A DNA stretch of 63,278 bases, the filler included, from an uncultured bacterium (GTDB lineage Bacteria > CAYJOG01), in the NCBI GenBank assembly GCA_964371695.1. It is 3 parts of 3 records of this genome, joined end to end, with 100 filler letters (N's around TTAATTAATTAA, not from the genome) between each part and the next. Parts side by side here need not be neighbours in the genome. Positions count along the whole stretch, not along the records: positions 1 to 22,118 come from CAYJOG010000001.1; positions 22,219 to 44,256 come from CAYJOG010000002.1; 1 more part is not named here. One strand, written 5' to 3'. Of the stretch, positions 18,959-28,753 are shown piece after piece. How positions within the stretch are numbered: the first letter of the stretch is position 1; each line of letters starts with the position of its first letter. A program made the position numbers and the translations under genes. The notes under the pieces are model-generated. The model did no database searches and was not told where the DNA came from. It saw only the letters and a list, made by a program, of their open reading frames with translations.

Positions 18959-20683
18959 ATGCAAACCGATGTGCTGGTGATTGGCGGCGGCCACGCGGGC
19001 ATCGAGGCCAGCGCCATCAGCGCCAAGCTGGGGGCGGCCACGCTGCTGGTCACAGCGAACGTGGATCATATCGGCCAAATGTCGTGTAATCCTTCTATCG
19101 GTGGACCCGGCAAAAGCCATCTGGTGCATGAACTGGACATGCTGGGGGGCCTGATGGGCCGCCTGATTGACCAGACCGTGATTCACCAACGGCTGCTGAA
19201 CACCAGCCGGGGGCCCGCTGTGCAAGCCCTGCGCGCCCAGGCCGATATGCGGGCCTATGCCGCCACCGCCCGCCACACGCTGGAGAAAACACCCCACCTC
19301 ACCCTGCTTCAGGATGAAATCACCCGCCTGGAGCCTCAAAAAAATGGTTTTTGGCTGGCACAAACCCAAACCAACCAACAAATAGCGGCCAAAAAGGTGG
19401 TCATCACCACGGGCACCTTTTTAAAAGGTGAGATTTTCATCGGCAAGTCCTTTCACAAACCCGCCGGGCGATATGGTGATGATCCCTCTGTGCCCCTGTG
19501 TCAGAGCCTGAACCACCTGGGCATTGCCACCCGCCGCCTGAAAACCGGCACCGTGCCCAGACTCAGCGGCAAAACCATCCGCACCGAAAAAACCGAGCCG
19601 CTGGAAAGCACAGACGACCACTTCACCTTCTCTTTTTTCACTCAGCCACGCATTAAACAACGCCGGGTGCCCTGTTTTTTGACCCACACCACCCCCGCCA
19701 CCAAAGAGATTGTGACTGGCGCCATGGAAGAAAGCGCTCTGTTTGGCGGCAAAATCACCGGCACAGGCCCCCGTTATTGCCCCAGCATCGAGGACAAATA
19801 TTTCCGTTTCAAAGACAAATCCATTCATCCGGTATTTTTGGAGCCAGAGGGGCAGGGCACCGACCTTTATTATGTTCAGGGGCTTTCCACCTCTCTCCCG
19901 GCCCACATTCAACACCAGATGATCCGCAGCATTGTGGGTTTGGAAGACGCTGTCATCGTCAAATATGGCTATGCGGTGGAATATGACGCCATTGACGCCC
20001 GCGCCTTGGCCCTCACGCTGGAACACGCCGGGCATCCCGGCCTTTACTTTGCCGGTCAGGTGAACGGCACCACCGGTTACGAAGAAGCCGCTGGCCAGGG
20101 TTTGTTGGCCGGGGCCAACGCTGCGCTGGCCGTGTTGGAACAGGAGCCTCTTGTTTTGACCCGCCAGCAGGCTTATCTGGGCGTGATGGTGGACGACCTG
20201 ATCACCCTGGAGGTGGCCGAGCCCTATCGCATGTTCAGCAGTCGTTGTGAGCATCGTCTGACGCTGCGTCCCGACAATTGCCCGGATCGCCTTGGGACGC
20301 TGGCTACAGAAAAGGGCCTGCTGAATTTTCAGGAAAGCGCCGCCCTGCTTCATCATCTGGAAGAAAAAAGCAGCGCCGCAGCGGCCCTCGCCTCGCCTCC
20401 TTCTCAGGAAGACCTGCAAAAACCATGGCCAAAACCGATCTATTCAGCATTGTGCGACGCCTTTTATTCTGGTTACATATCCATTGCTGACCGCAAACGA
20501 TCTCGCGCCGAAGCCGCCCGACCAAAAGGCACCATTGACAACAAGCTGATTGACAAACTGACCGGGCGCATCAGCAAAGAGGCGGTGGACCACCTCAAAA
20601 AACACGTTGGCTTGAGCCTGAAAGAAGTCTGCAATAGCAGCGCCTTAAAAGCATCGGACAAAGAAACCCTCGCTCTGGCTTGA
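18959..20683 (+). CDS. mnmG: tRNA uridine-5-carboxymethylaminomethyl modification enzyme MnmG (GidA)
   Basis: VIGGGHAG, MSCNPSIGG, RLKTGT, GPRYCPSIEDK and GQVNGTTGYEEAAGQG motifs; C-terminus short and divergent. Confidence 0.96.
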   Translation: MQTDVLVIGGGHAGIEASAISAKLGAATLLVTANVDHIGQMSCNPSIGGPGKSHLVHELDMLGGLMGRLIDQTVIHQRLLNTSRGPAVQALRAQADMRAYAATARHTLEKTPHLTLLQDEITRLEPQKNGFWLAQTQTNQQIAAKKVVITTGTFLKGEIFIGKSFHKPAGRYGDDPSVPLCQSLNHLGIATRRLKTGTVPRLSGKTIRTEKTEPLESTDDHFTFSFFTQPRIKQRRVPCFLTHTTPATKEIVTGAMEESALFGGKITGTGPRYCPSIEDKYFRFKDKSIHPVFLEPEGQGTDLYYVQGLSTSLPAHIQHQMIRSIVGLEDAVIVKYGYAVEYDAIDARALALTLEHAGHPGLYFAGQVNGTTGYEEAAGQGLLAGANAALAVLEQEPLVLTRQQAYLGVMVDDLITLEVAEPYRMFSSRCEHRLTLRPDNCPDRLGTLATEKGLLNFQESAALLHHLEEKSSAAAALASPPSQEDLQKPWPKPIYSALCDAFYSGYISIADRKRSRAEAARPKGTIDNKLIDKLTGRISKEAVDHLKKHVGLSLKEVCNSSALKASDKETLALA

Positions 20684-20693
20684 TTTTGAAGGG

Positions 20694-21383
20694 GTGGCGT
20701 TCCACGTGGAACATCAAACCCCCCTTTGTTGTCAAAAGCGCGGCGTAGGAGTGGATTTTGTTTTAGTGCCATCCTCACCTAAACCAGCTTTGGCCGGAGA
20801 CATTCTGCTTCCCTCGGCCTCCCTTCTTTTGGTGGAGAGGCTGGACAAAGCGCTTGCGGTTTTGCGCGCAACGGGAGAGCGACTTCACCTGTTCAGCAAA
20901 AAAGACCTGGCGGATGGCCTAAGGGGGCTGGCGCTGGGGAGTCTGGCGGTCGCCTGTTTTTTGAACCTGTCGGCACCGCTGCATCTTTTGGACGCCGGGG
21001 GCGGCAACGGAATTCCCGGCCTGATTCTGGCTGCCGCCTTTCCGGCGATGCGGATGACGGTTTTAGAAATCAGTGAAAAGCGGGTGTCGGTAGCACACCA
21101 CCTGGGAAAGGCTTGCGGTTTGAATAATTATTCCGCCGTCTTAAACCCCATTGGCCCAAACTATAGGCCGGTGGCCGCTGATGCCCTGGTCAGCCGGGCC
21201 GCCAGCCTTCCGCGTTCCACGTGGAACAATCCCCAACTTCCTCCGGTCATTCTTCTTTTTGGCCAACACCGGGGAGAAGGGCGACGGGTTTGGCGGCTTT
21301 TGGGGGCAGACGGGCGACCACTCGGTTTTCTGACATCCAATCAAAAGCCCCTTACAATCAATGTATCCGAGGTTTTATCGTGA
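20694..21383 (+). CDS. rsmG: 16S rRNA m7G527 methyltransferase RsmG (GidB), divergent
   Basis: LLDAGGGNGIPGL, TVLE...KR and VSRA motifs; directly follows mnmG; start uncertain. Confidence 0.75.
   Translation: MAFHVEHQTPLCCQKRGVGVDFVLVPSSPKPALAGDILLPSASLLLVERLDKALAVLRATGERLHLFSKKDLADGLRGLALGSLAVACFLNLSAPLHLLDAGGGNGIPGLILAAAFPAMRMTVLEISEKRVSVAHHLGKACGLNNYSAVLNPIGPNYRPVAADALVSRAASLPRSTWNNPQLPPVILLFGQHRGEGRRVWRLLGADGRPLGFLTSNQKPLTINVSEVLS
20698..20713. promoter_or_regulatory. parS site
   Basis: cGTTCCACGTGGAACa matches the chromosomal parS palindrome. Confidence 0.88.
21213..21228. promoter_or_regulatory. parS site inside rsmG
   Basis: Identical 16-mer cgttccacgtggaaca. Confidence 0.88.
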
Positions 21384-22118
21384 CAGGCAGCCCCCTTATG
21401 GTTTCTATCGAAGACGTGGCCGTGAACCCTCAGCAGGCCCGCAAGCATTTTGACTACGCCGCTCTGGCTGATCTGAAAGAGAGCATTTGTCAAAATGGCC
21501 TGCTTCACCCACTGGTGGTGAAACGGGTGGGCGAGGGGTATCAACTTGTGGCCGGAGAGCGGCGACTGCGGGCCTGTAAAATGGCCGGATTGAAAACGGT
21601 GCCCGTGGTGGTGCGGGATGCCTCCACAGAAGACAGCGCCCTGTTGTGTCTGGTGGAAAACCTTCAGCGGGCAGACCTGAACCCCATGGAAGAGGCCGTC
21701 GCCTATCAGCACCTGTCTCAGGATTTTGGCCTCACGCTGGAGACCATCGCCAAGCGGGTGGGCAAAAGCCGCCCCACCATCAACAACACACTCCGGTTGC
21801 TGGACCTCCCGTCAAAACTTCAGTCCGACGTGCGGGAGGGCCGCCTGTCGGCGGGCCACGCCAAGGCTCTTCTGGTGTTAAAAGGTGATCCTGAACAAAT
21901 GCTGGCCTTGGCGCAGGACATTAAAAACCAAGGCTTTTCGGTGCGCCAAACCGAACAAATGGTATCTCAACACCTTGGTGCGCCACCCGCCGAACCCCGG
22001 TCGACACCCCTTTCGGCCAATTTTGAAACGGACTTGAAACGGCTGCTCCACCGCCATTTCGGCACCACCGCCCACCTCATAAAAATCCCTACCGGATGGA
22101 AAATTGACCTTCCCCAGG
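21380..22118 (+). CDS. parB: ParB/Spo0J partition protein, truncated at the contig end
   Basis: YQLVAGERRLRA, VENLQRADLNP.EEA and HTH GKSRPTINNTLRLL...SAGHA; GTG overlaps the rsmG TGA. Confidence 0.92.
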
Positions 22119-22218
22119 NNNNNNNNNNNNNNNNNNNNNNNNNNNNNNNNNNNNNNNNNNNNTTAATTAATTAANNNNNNNNNNNNNNNNNNNNNNNNNN
22201 NNNNNNNNNNNNNNNNNN
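22119..22218. other. Artificial contig linker
   Basis: N44-TTAATTAATTAA-N44 carries stops in all frames. Confidence 0.97.
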
Positions 22219-23120
22219 ATGTCGCCGCTGGCCGACAGGTTTTGGCTCACACTCAGGTCGCCGGTGATCAGCAGCTGGCCGGTGATGGTGTCGCCTGCCT
22301 TGTTCACCTTGTTGGCGTCGGCGGGGATGTTGCTGAGTTGCGAGCCGTCACCAATGAAATACGCGGCCTGCACGTCGCCGCTGGCCGACAGGTTCTGACT
22401 CACACTCAGGCCACTGTTGACCTGAAGCTGACCCGTGAGTGTGCCGCCCGCCAGGGGCAGTTTTGAAGCATCGTTGATGCCCGTTAAACCAGAGCCGTCG
22501 CCCACAAAAGCGCTGGCCGTGATGGTGGCCGAGACCGTGAGGCCACCCGTGATGGTGCCGCCGCTCAGGTTCAGTTTTTCGGTGTCCAGTTCCACCAGCG
22601 CAGCCTGGGCATCGGTGGCCGCAATGCCCCCGGCAGGCGTCACCTTCACACCACTGGCCTGCGCACCCACGGCAATGGCGGCGGGCAAAAGCTGCTCGCG
22701 GGGGCTGAGGGTGGTCGCGTTCACTTCCAGTTCAATGTAAAGGGCCTGGGTGAGATCGATGCCGGGATCGTTCAGGTTAACGTCACAGTTGTAAGGCCCG
22801 ACTGTTTCGCCGATTTCAAACACAAAACGCCCTGCGGTGACGTTGATGCCGCCCGAAGCACAGGTCATTTTCAGCGCGCCCGCAGCGGGTGCATCATAAA
22901 GACGGATGGTGATGGGCAGGCTGCCGCTCACCGGCACGCCCGACTGCTTCAAAAAGCCTTGATAGGTGGTTTTAGCGGGAATGGCCGCCTGCGCCAAGCC
23001 TATGGTGGCAAAAAACGCCAACACCCAAAGGCATAGAACCCTTGGCAGTGCACGCGCGCACAGGTTAAACCGGACCATTCGGAAGGGTCTAAGTTTACCA
23101 TGGCAGAACACCTTGTGCAT
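22219..23120 (-). CDS. Secreted fibre-like adhesin, 5' part, truncated at the contig edge
   Basis: Signal peptide; TYQGFL....P.SG...ITIRLYDA N-domain; repeats KLNLSGGTITG, KLPLAGGTLTG, KVNKAGDTITG. Confidence 0.75.
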
Positions 23121-23606
23121 GGATTCGTTCAGTAGGCTCCTTTCGCCTCAATACCCAGGGGAAATCACCTTTCACCATAAACGCTTAGAAAATGCTCAAG
23201 CTGTGATGGTGGTCACTTCTTGACAAAAATTAGCGTCAAGAAACAGTGTCCAAAGGGCCATTTTCGCCTGTTTTTTGACACACAGTGGGCGATTAACGGT
23301 GCCAGAAACCACCCTGACCGGTTCAAAAACGTTCAAATGGCTACTTTTTGGTCAACATGTAAAAAATTGTGGTTATTCTTGACATAGACACTTTTGTTGA
23401 TCCGCCCAGTTTACCGGCGGGACTGAGGTTCACCTTTTTTCAGCTCCAAGCTCAAGCCAGACGGAAAACCTTTGCACCAACCCACTGTTTTCACGCGGAT
23501 TTTTGCTTGTTTTTTCGTTTCATCGCCCTGTATTTTACACGAATAATTTTTTATCGACTCACATGGATTACTTATTGCGCCAGAATAGTTTCAGATACGA
23601 CTTAAG

Positions 23607-24587
23607 CTATTCATCTATATTTTTTTCCCAGGACATGCAGCCTTCTGCATGCCCACCGACAAAGTTGATTTTTCTGAAAAAACGTTTATCAATTATAAAT
23701 GAAATGAGGTCTAGTGTCTCATAAATCGAGTTTGCTAATTTGTATTCCTGCGTGTTTGAATGAACGACTTTTTCCCCAAAGATCAATTTTGCTTCTCGAG
23801 CATCAATAACAAACCCATGATCCTTGTAAGAGTAAACCAAACGGCATGCGGTTTTTTCGTTTTCTTCATCAGATTGCCCATCAATTCTTGAGTTCAGCAA
23901 CCGCAAGGCATATTGTGCCGCCGATTCTGCAACACGTTCAAAATAGCCAAGCGCCTCTACTCGGAGTGATTTAGCGAGGTATTCACTAAACATTTGACTT
24001 GATCCTGGATACTTATCCACCAATTCTGCGATATGCTCAATAGAATGCTTTAATGCAAGTGCTGGAATTTTATCGAACTGTGGATCTATCGGGCCAAGCT
24101 CGCTCAAACCACCCATATGAATTTTATCGGCCCCGCAACATACAAGAGTGCCAGCCGATTTGGCGCGTCGCGGCACTGCAATTTCAAAATTGGATCTCGT
24201 ATACTCTCTGCAGAGCTTTGAAATCATGTAGGCTGCAGCGACATCTCCGCCCGGGGTATCGAGGATCAAAAGAAGTGGCTTGCTATTATCAATCGATGCA
24301 AGAGAACTATAAAACTTATTTGCGATATATCTCGAAATTAGCAGTTCACTGTGAATAACAAAAATATTAAAATTAACGCCGATAGCACTTTCTTTAACTT
24401 GGTTTTTTATTATTTGATTGACAAGATTATTGAGTTCATCGTCTGACACATGCTCGGCATCAAGTTTGAAGAAATCCGCGATGGAAGGGACAGATTCCTG
24501 CCCTTCAATCTGAGATCCTGTTTGGCTTAAATCTGGATGCGGCGCATCGAAAGGTGTGGGATCATCCTGTGTAGAAGCTTTTTCCAT
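23607..24587 (-). CDS. SDH-family (Clp-fold / S49-like) serine protease
   Basis: LILDTPGG, VPRRAKSAGTL..GAD.I.MG..SELGPIDPQ and Y.DHG..I motifs; AT-rich. Confidence 0.85.
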   Translation of the reverse strand: MEKASTQDDPTPFDAPHPDLSQTGSQIEGQESVPSIADFFKLDAEHVSDDELNNLVNQIIKNQVKESAIGVNFNIFVIHSELLISRYIANKFYSSLASIDNSKPLLLILDTPGGDVAAAYMISKLCREYTRSNFEIAVPRRAKSAGTLVCCGADKIHMGGLSELGPIDPQFDKIPALALKHSIEHIAELVDKYPGSSQMFSEYLAKSLRVEALGYFERVAESAAQYALRLLNSRIDGQSDEENEKTACRLVYSYKDHGFVIDAREAKLIFGEKVVHSNTQEYKLANSIYETLDLISFIIDKRFFRKINFVGGHAEGCMSWEKNIDE

Positions 24588-24889
24588 AGTTGGCCTTTTT
24601 TTGCGTATTTTTACCCCAGATGCCCCTACTCAATTTTTTTGCTAGAGCTGTTCAACCATAGGAATAATAGCATTTTTTACTTTGGTGTTTAAAAAATGTT
24701 GTTACGCGCGGGGCATGAGAAGGGGATTAGGAATGGAGGAAGAGTAAATAAGACGGCGGGCTGGCCCTCCGCCGCCAAGGAGTGGTGCGAAGCAGCCCTG
24801 CTTTTTGAGGAGAAAAAGGCGTTTTGCCCTCGCTATGTGCTGGAGCAGGGAAAAACCCAGAAAAACAGTGGTTTTTTGCCTTTAAATAA

Positions 24890-25220
24890 ACCCCTCACCC
24901 AACCCTCTCCCCATAAAGGGGAGAGGGGAATGATGTGGTGCTTTTTGGTGGGGCGGGCGTCCCGCCCGCCGTCATTCCCGCGAAAGCGGGAATCCAGTTC
25001 AAATAAAAGACAAAGGTTTTTGACCTTTTTCTTTAAGAACACCTGGACTCCCGCTTTCGCGGGAGTGACGCCAGCGAGGCGGGAAGGTGCCTGGGGAACC
25101 CTCCGAAGACCCCCCATCCATCCTTCAGCGCGAATAGCCAGTGGTTCATCTGAATTAAAAGGTGGCTCAGGCATCTTGCCTGAGCTTTTAAAAACGCAGG
25201 CTGGAAGCCTGCGCCACCAC
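24890..25220. repeat. Composite repeat cluster
   Basis: ccctcacccaaccctctccc..gggagaggg; gggcgggcgtcccgcccgcc; inverted GTCATTCCC pair at 24971 (+) and 25043 (-); gcaggctggaagcctgc. Confidence 0.85.
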
Positions 25221-25242
25221 TTTTTTTAAAACGAATGAACCC

Positions 25243-26685
25243 CTACCCCCCACCCAACACAGCCTGATCAAACACCTCCTGATAATGGCTTGCCGGTGTG
25301 TCCCAGCCAAAATCCTGCGACATGGCGCGCTGCTGCATCTGCCGCCACAATTCGGGCTGGTTGCGCCACAGGGCCACCGTGCGATTGAGCGCGTGGCGGA
25401 AGTCCTGCAACGTGGATTGTTCGAAAACAAAACCCGTGGCTTTGTCCTGCGACAGGGCTTCTGCAGTGGCGTCGGTGACGGTGTCAGCCAGGCCCCCTGT
25501 GCGGCGCACCAGCGGCAGCGTGCCAAAAGCCAGGCCATAAAGTTGCGTCAGGCCGCAAGGCTCCATGCGCGAGGGCACCAAAATGGCGTCTGCCCCCGCC
25601 AGCAGCCGCACCGCCAGGGCTTCGTCATAGCCGAGCCGCACCGCCACACGCCCCGGCCAGCGCCGGGCTGCTTTTTCAAATCCCTCTTCCAGCGCCGGGT
25701 CTCCGGCGCCCAGCACCGCCAGACGCCCCCCCATGGCCATCAGGTCCGGCAACGCCTCCAGCAGCAGATCCAGCCCTTTTTGGGCCACCAACCGGCTGAT
25801 GACACAAAAAAGCGGCGCGCCGGGGTCTTCTTCCAGCCCCATTTCCTGATTCAGCAGGCGCTGGTTTTCTTTTTTTCGGTCCAGCGTGGCGTCGTCATAA
25901 GCCACTGGCGTGGCCGAATTGTTGGCGGGCCGCCAGTGGGCTTCGTCCACGCCGTTGAGAATGCCCGTGAGCACATCCGCCCGCCCCGACAGCAAACCCT
26001 CCAGCCCCGCGCCGTGTTCGGGCGTCTGAATCTCTTGCGCATAGGTGGGGCTGACGGTGGTGAGGCGGCGGCTGTAATAAAGCCCCGCCTTCATGAAACT
26101 CACCTGGCCGTAAAACTCCACGCCGTGCATGGAAAAGGCGCTCTCTGGCAACCCCAACTGCGGCAGCACACCGTGGGGATAAAGCCCCTGATAGGCCAGA
26201 TTGTGAATGGTGAACACCACCGGCGGCGCGGGCGGCGGCAAAAAATGCAGGTTGGCGGCCACAAAGCCCGTTTGCCAGTCGTGGGCATGCACCACCTGGG
26301 GTGTCCAGCCGTCGGACGCGCCCTGCACCGCCAGCGCAGCCGCCCCCCGGCAAAAAGCACCCCAGCGCCGGGCGCTGTCGCCCTGTTCGTCATAAATGCC
26401 GCCGGGGCGATCAAACCATTGGGGGGCGTCCAGCAGATAAAGCGGCACCAGCGAGGGGGTGCGGGCCTCGAGCAGGCGGGCCGGGCCAAAACCCGGCAGA
26501 TCCATCGCCACGGGCTTTTCCTGGGCCTCTGGAAAAACTTTTTTCAGCGCCGGATAGGCGGGCAGCAGCAGGCGCACATCCACCCCTCTTGCCCGCAGGG
26601 CGCGGGGCAGGGCGTCGCTCACGTCGGCCAGGCCCCCCATCTTCACCCAGGGAAAAAGCTCAGTGGTTACAAACAGAATCCGCAG
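25243..26685 (-). CDS. glgA: Glycogen synthase
   Basis: KMGGLADV, HAHDWQ, TIHNLAYQG, SRLVAQKG and PSRMEPCGLTQL motifs; start may be CTG 26685 (ORF track gives 26775). Confidence 0.95.
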   Translation of the reverse strand: MRILFVTTELFPWVKMGGLADVSDALPRALRARGVDVRLLLPAYPALKKVFPEAQEKPVAMDLPGFGPARLLEARTPSLVPLYLLDAPQWFDRPGGIYDEQGDSARRWGAFCRGAAALAVQGASDGWTPQVVHAHDWQTGFVAANLHFLPPPAPPVVFTIHNLAYQGLYPHGVLPQLGLPESAFSMHGVEFYGQVSFMKAGLYYSRRLTTVSPTYAQEIQTPEHGAGLEGLLSGRADVLTGILNGVDEAHWRPANNSATPVAYDDATLDRKKENQRLLNQEMGLEEDPGAPLFCVISRLVAQKGLDLLLEALPDLMAMGGRLAVLGAGDPALEEGFEKAARRWPGRVAVRLGYDEALAVRLLAGADAILVPSRMEPCGLTQLYGLAFGTLPLVRRTGGLADTVTDATAEALSQDKATGFVFEQSTLQDFRHALNRTVALWRNQPELWRQMQQRAMSQDFGWDTPASHYQEVFDQAVLGGG

Positions 26686-26809
26686 AAAACACCCCTCTGA
26701 ATTTTTTCGCCCGCAGGGGCAAGCCCCCTTGGCGGGCAAAAACTCTAGCAGGGTGTTGACAAATACCCTGCTCATTCATGGCGGGGACGCTGCGCTCCCC
26801 CTCTTTTAT

Positions 26810-26901
26810 GCCACAGGCGAGACGCCCGTGGCTACCGCTGTACTACCAGAAAACGGGGTCTTGGAGAGGTGTTGTTGGACTGCCGCGTTCGCGGGAATGA
26901 C
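26810..26901. repeat. REP palindrome plus a GTCATTCCC copy
   Basis: gccacaggcgagacgcccgtggctac and ttggactgccgcgttcgcgggaatgac. Confidence 0.75.
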
Positions 26902-26991
26902 GACACCGCGCAAAAATGGTAAGCCCCCCCCAGAGAGAAGCCACCTTCCTTTCTGCATTCAGAGGGATTTCTCCTGCCCCCACCATCCTTA

Positions 26992-27255
26992 TCAATGCAC
27001 CCGGTTCAGCCCATCCTTGTAAATCGTCTGGGCAAACCACTCCTGTTCCCGTTTCAGCGCGTCGGCCACCATCTCCTGCTGGTGTTCGAGCAGCTCGTCA
27101 ATCAGTGACTGTATGGCGGTGAGCACCTCCAGAGCTTCGGCCCCGGCCTTGAGTTGCAGGGAAATCTTGTGCATTTGCGCGTCTGCATCTTTTTTCATGG
27201 GGTGCTCCCTTGCGTCTTCGGTCTGGTCTTGCGGGCTTTTTCTTATTTTCGGCAA
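26992..27255 (-). CDS. Small helical hypothetical protein
   Basis: Charged amphipathic ORF; alternative start ATG 27198 follows AAGGGAG. Confidence 0.55.
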   Translation of the reverse strand: MPKIRKSPQDQTEDAREHPMKKDADAQMHKISLQLKAGAEALEVLTAIQSLIDELLEHQQEMVADALKREQEWFAQTIYKDGLNRVH

Positions 27256-27362
27256 ACATGGTGATTTGTTTCACCCAAAGTTTGTGTTTTCGGTCACAAC
27301 AAAACTTTTCCACTTTGGGCCGATAGGATGACGCCAGCCATTTCCCACGCCAAGGAGTTCTC

Positions 27363-28745
27363 ATGCCCAATCCCTCCATTTTTCGTCAATACGACATTCG
27401 CGGCGTGGTGCCCGAAGAGCTCAACACCGGCGTGGCGCTCAAGGTGGGCCGGGCTTTTGGCAGTCTGGTGCGCGAAAACGGCGGCGAGGCGGTGTGTGTG
27501 GGGCGAGACAACCGGGCCAGCAGCGTGGAACTGGAACAGGCCCTGGTGGAGGGACTGAACAGCGCCGGTGTGAACGCCCTGGTGGAGGGCCTCACCTGCA
27601 CGCCCGCCCACTACTTCGCCATCCACCACCTCCAGGCGGGGGGCGGCGTGATGATCACCGGCAGCCACAATCCCAAACAGTTCAACGGCTTCAAGCTCAA
27701 CCTGGGGCCCAACTCGCTTTATGGAGACGGCGTGCTGGACCTGCTCAAACGCATTCAGGAAAACCGCTTTGCCACCGGCCAGGGCACGGCCACGGCGGTG
27801 AGCGTGCGTGGCGCGTGGATGGACACGCTGCTCTCAAAAGTGAAACTGAAAAAGAAATGGAAGGTGATTGCCGACGCGGGCAACGGCACGGCGGGGCTTT
27901 TCATCGAAGAACTTTTTGGCCGCGCCGGTGTGGACGTCACGGGCCTTTTTCTGGAACCCGACGCCGATTATCCCAACCACCACCCAGACCCGACGGTGGA
28001 AAAAAACCTGCACACCCTTATTTCGCACGTCAAGGAAACCGGCGCAGACGTGGGCTTTGCCTTTGACGGCGACAGCGACCGCCTGGGGCTGGTGAACGAA
28101 AAGGGAGAGATTGTGTGGGGTGATGAAATTCTGGTGCTGCTGAGCCGCGACCTGCTCAGCCGCCACCCCGGCGCCACGGTGATTTTTGAGGTGAAATGCA
28201 GCAAACGGCTGGCCGACGACATCCGCGCCCACGGCGGCGTGCCGGACATGTACAAAGCGGGCCACAGCCTGATCAAAGCCCGCATGCGCGAGCTGGGCGC
28301 GCCCCTGGCCGGAGAAATGAGCGGGCATCTCTTTTTGGGTGAGGACTATTTTGGTTTTGACGATCCCTTTCTGGCGGCGCTCAGGATTCTGGCGTTCATG
28401 GACCGCACGGGAAAACGCCCTGGCGAACTCCTGGCCGATCTGCCCGTCAGTCACAGCACACCCGAACTGCGGGTGGAGACCACCGACGCCGCCAAGTTTC
28501 AACTGGTGGACACCCTCAAAGAAAAACTCGCCGCCCTGCCCGGCGTGAGCCTGAACACCATCGACGGCCTGCGGGTGGAGTTCCCCGACGGCTGGGGTCT
28601 GGTGCGGGCCAGCAACACACAGCCGGTGCTGGTGACACGTTTTGAAGCGACCTCGCCTGAGCGCCTCGCAGAAATCCGCCAGACGGTGGAATCTTTGCTG
28701 TGTGAAGTGATGGGGGTCAAAACCCTGCCCTTTGGTGGACATTAA
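27363..28745 (+). CDS. Phosphomannomutase/phosphoglucomutase
   Basis: IFRQYDIRG, ITGSHNP, AFDGDSDR, GEMSGH and LVRASNTQP motifs; AAGGAG SD. Confidence 0.95.
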   Translation: MPNPSIFRQYDIRGVVPEELNTGVALKVGRAFGSLVRENGGEAVCVGRDNRASSVELEQALVEGLNSAGVNALVEGLTCTPAHYFAIHHLQAGGGVMITGSHNPKQFNGFKLNLGPNSLYGDGVLDLLKRIQENRFATGQGTATAVSVRGAWMDTLLSKVKLKKKWKVIADAGNGTAGLFIEELFGRAGVDVTGLFLEPDADYPNHHPDPTVEKNLHTLISHVKETGADVGFAFDGDSDRLGLVNEKGEIVWGDEILVLLSRDLLSRHPGATVIFEVKCSKRLADDIRAHGGVPDMYKAGHSLIKARMRELGAPLAGEMSGHLFLGEDYFGFDDPFLAALRILAFMDRTGKRPGELLADLPVSHSTPELRVETTDAAKFQLVDTLKEKLAALPGVSLNTIDGLRVEFPDGWGLVRASNTQPVLVTRFEATSPERLAEIRQTVESLLCEVMGVKTLPFGGH

Positions 28746-28753
28746 GCCTTGAC

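Noticed and set aside
22119-22218. TTAATTAATTAA flanked by N runs (also 44257-44356)
   Set aside because: Artificial contig linker; ORFs crossing it and gene adjacency across it are meaningless
24971-25069. 27-bp palindromic repeats as a CRISPR array
   Set aside because: Copies are dispersed or inverted, with no regular repeat-spacer array and no cas genes
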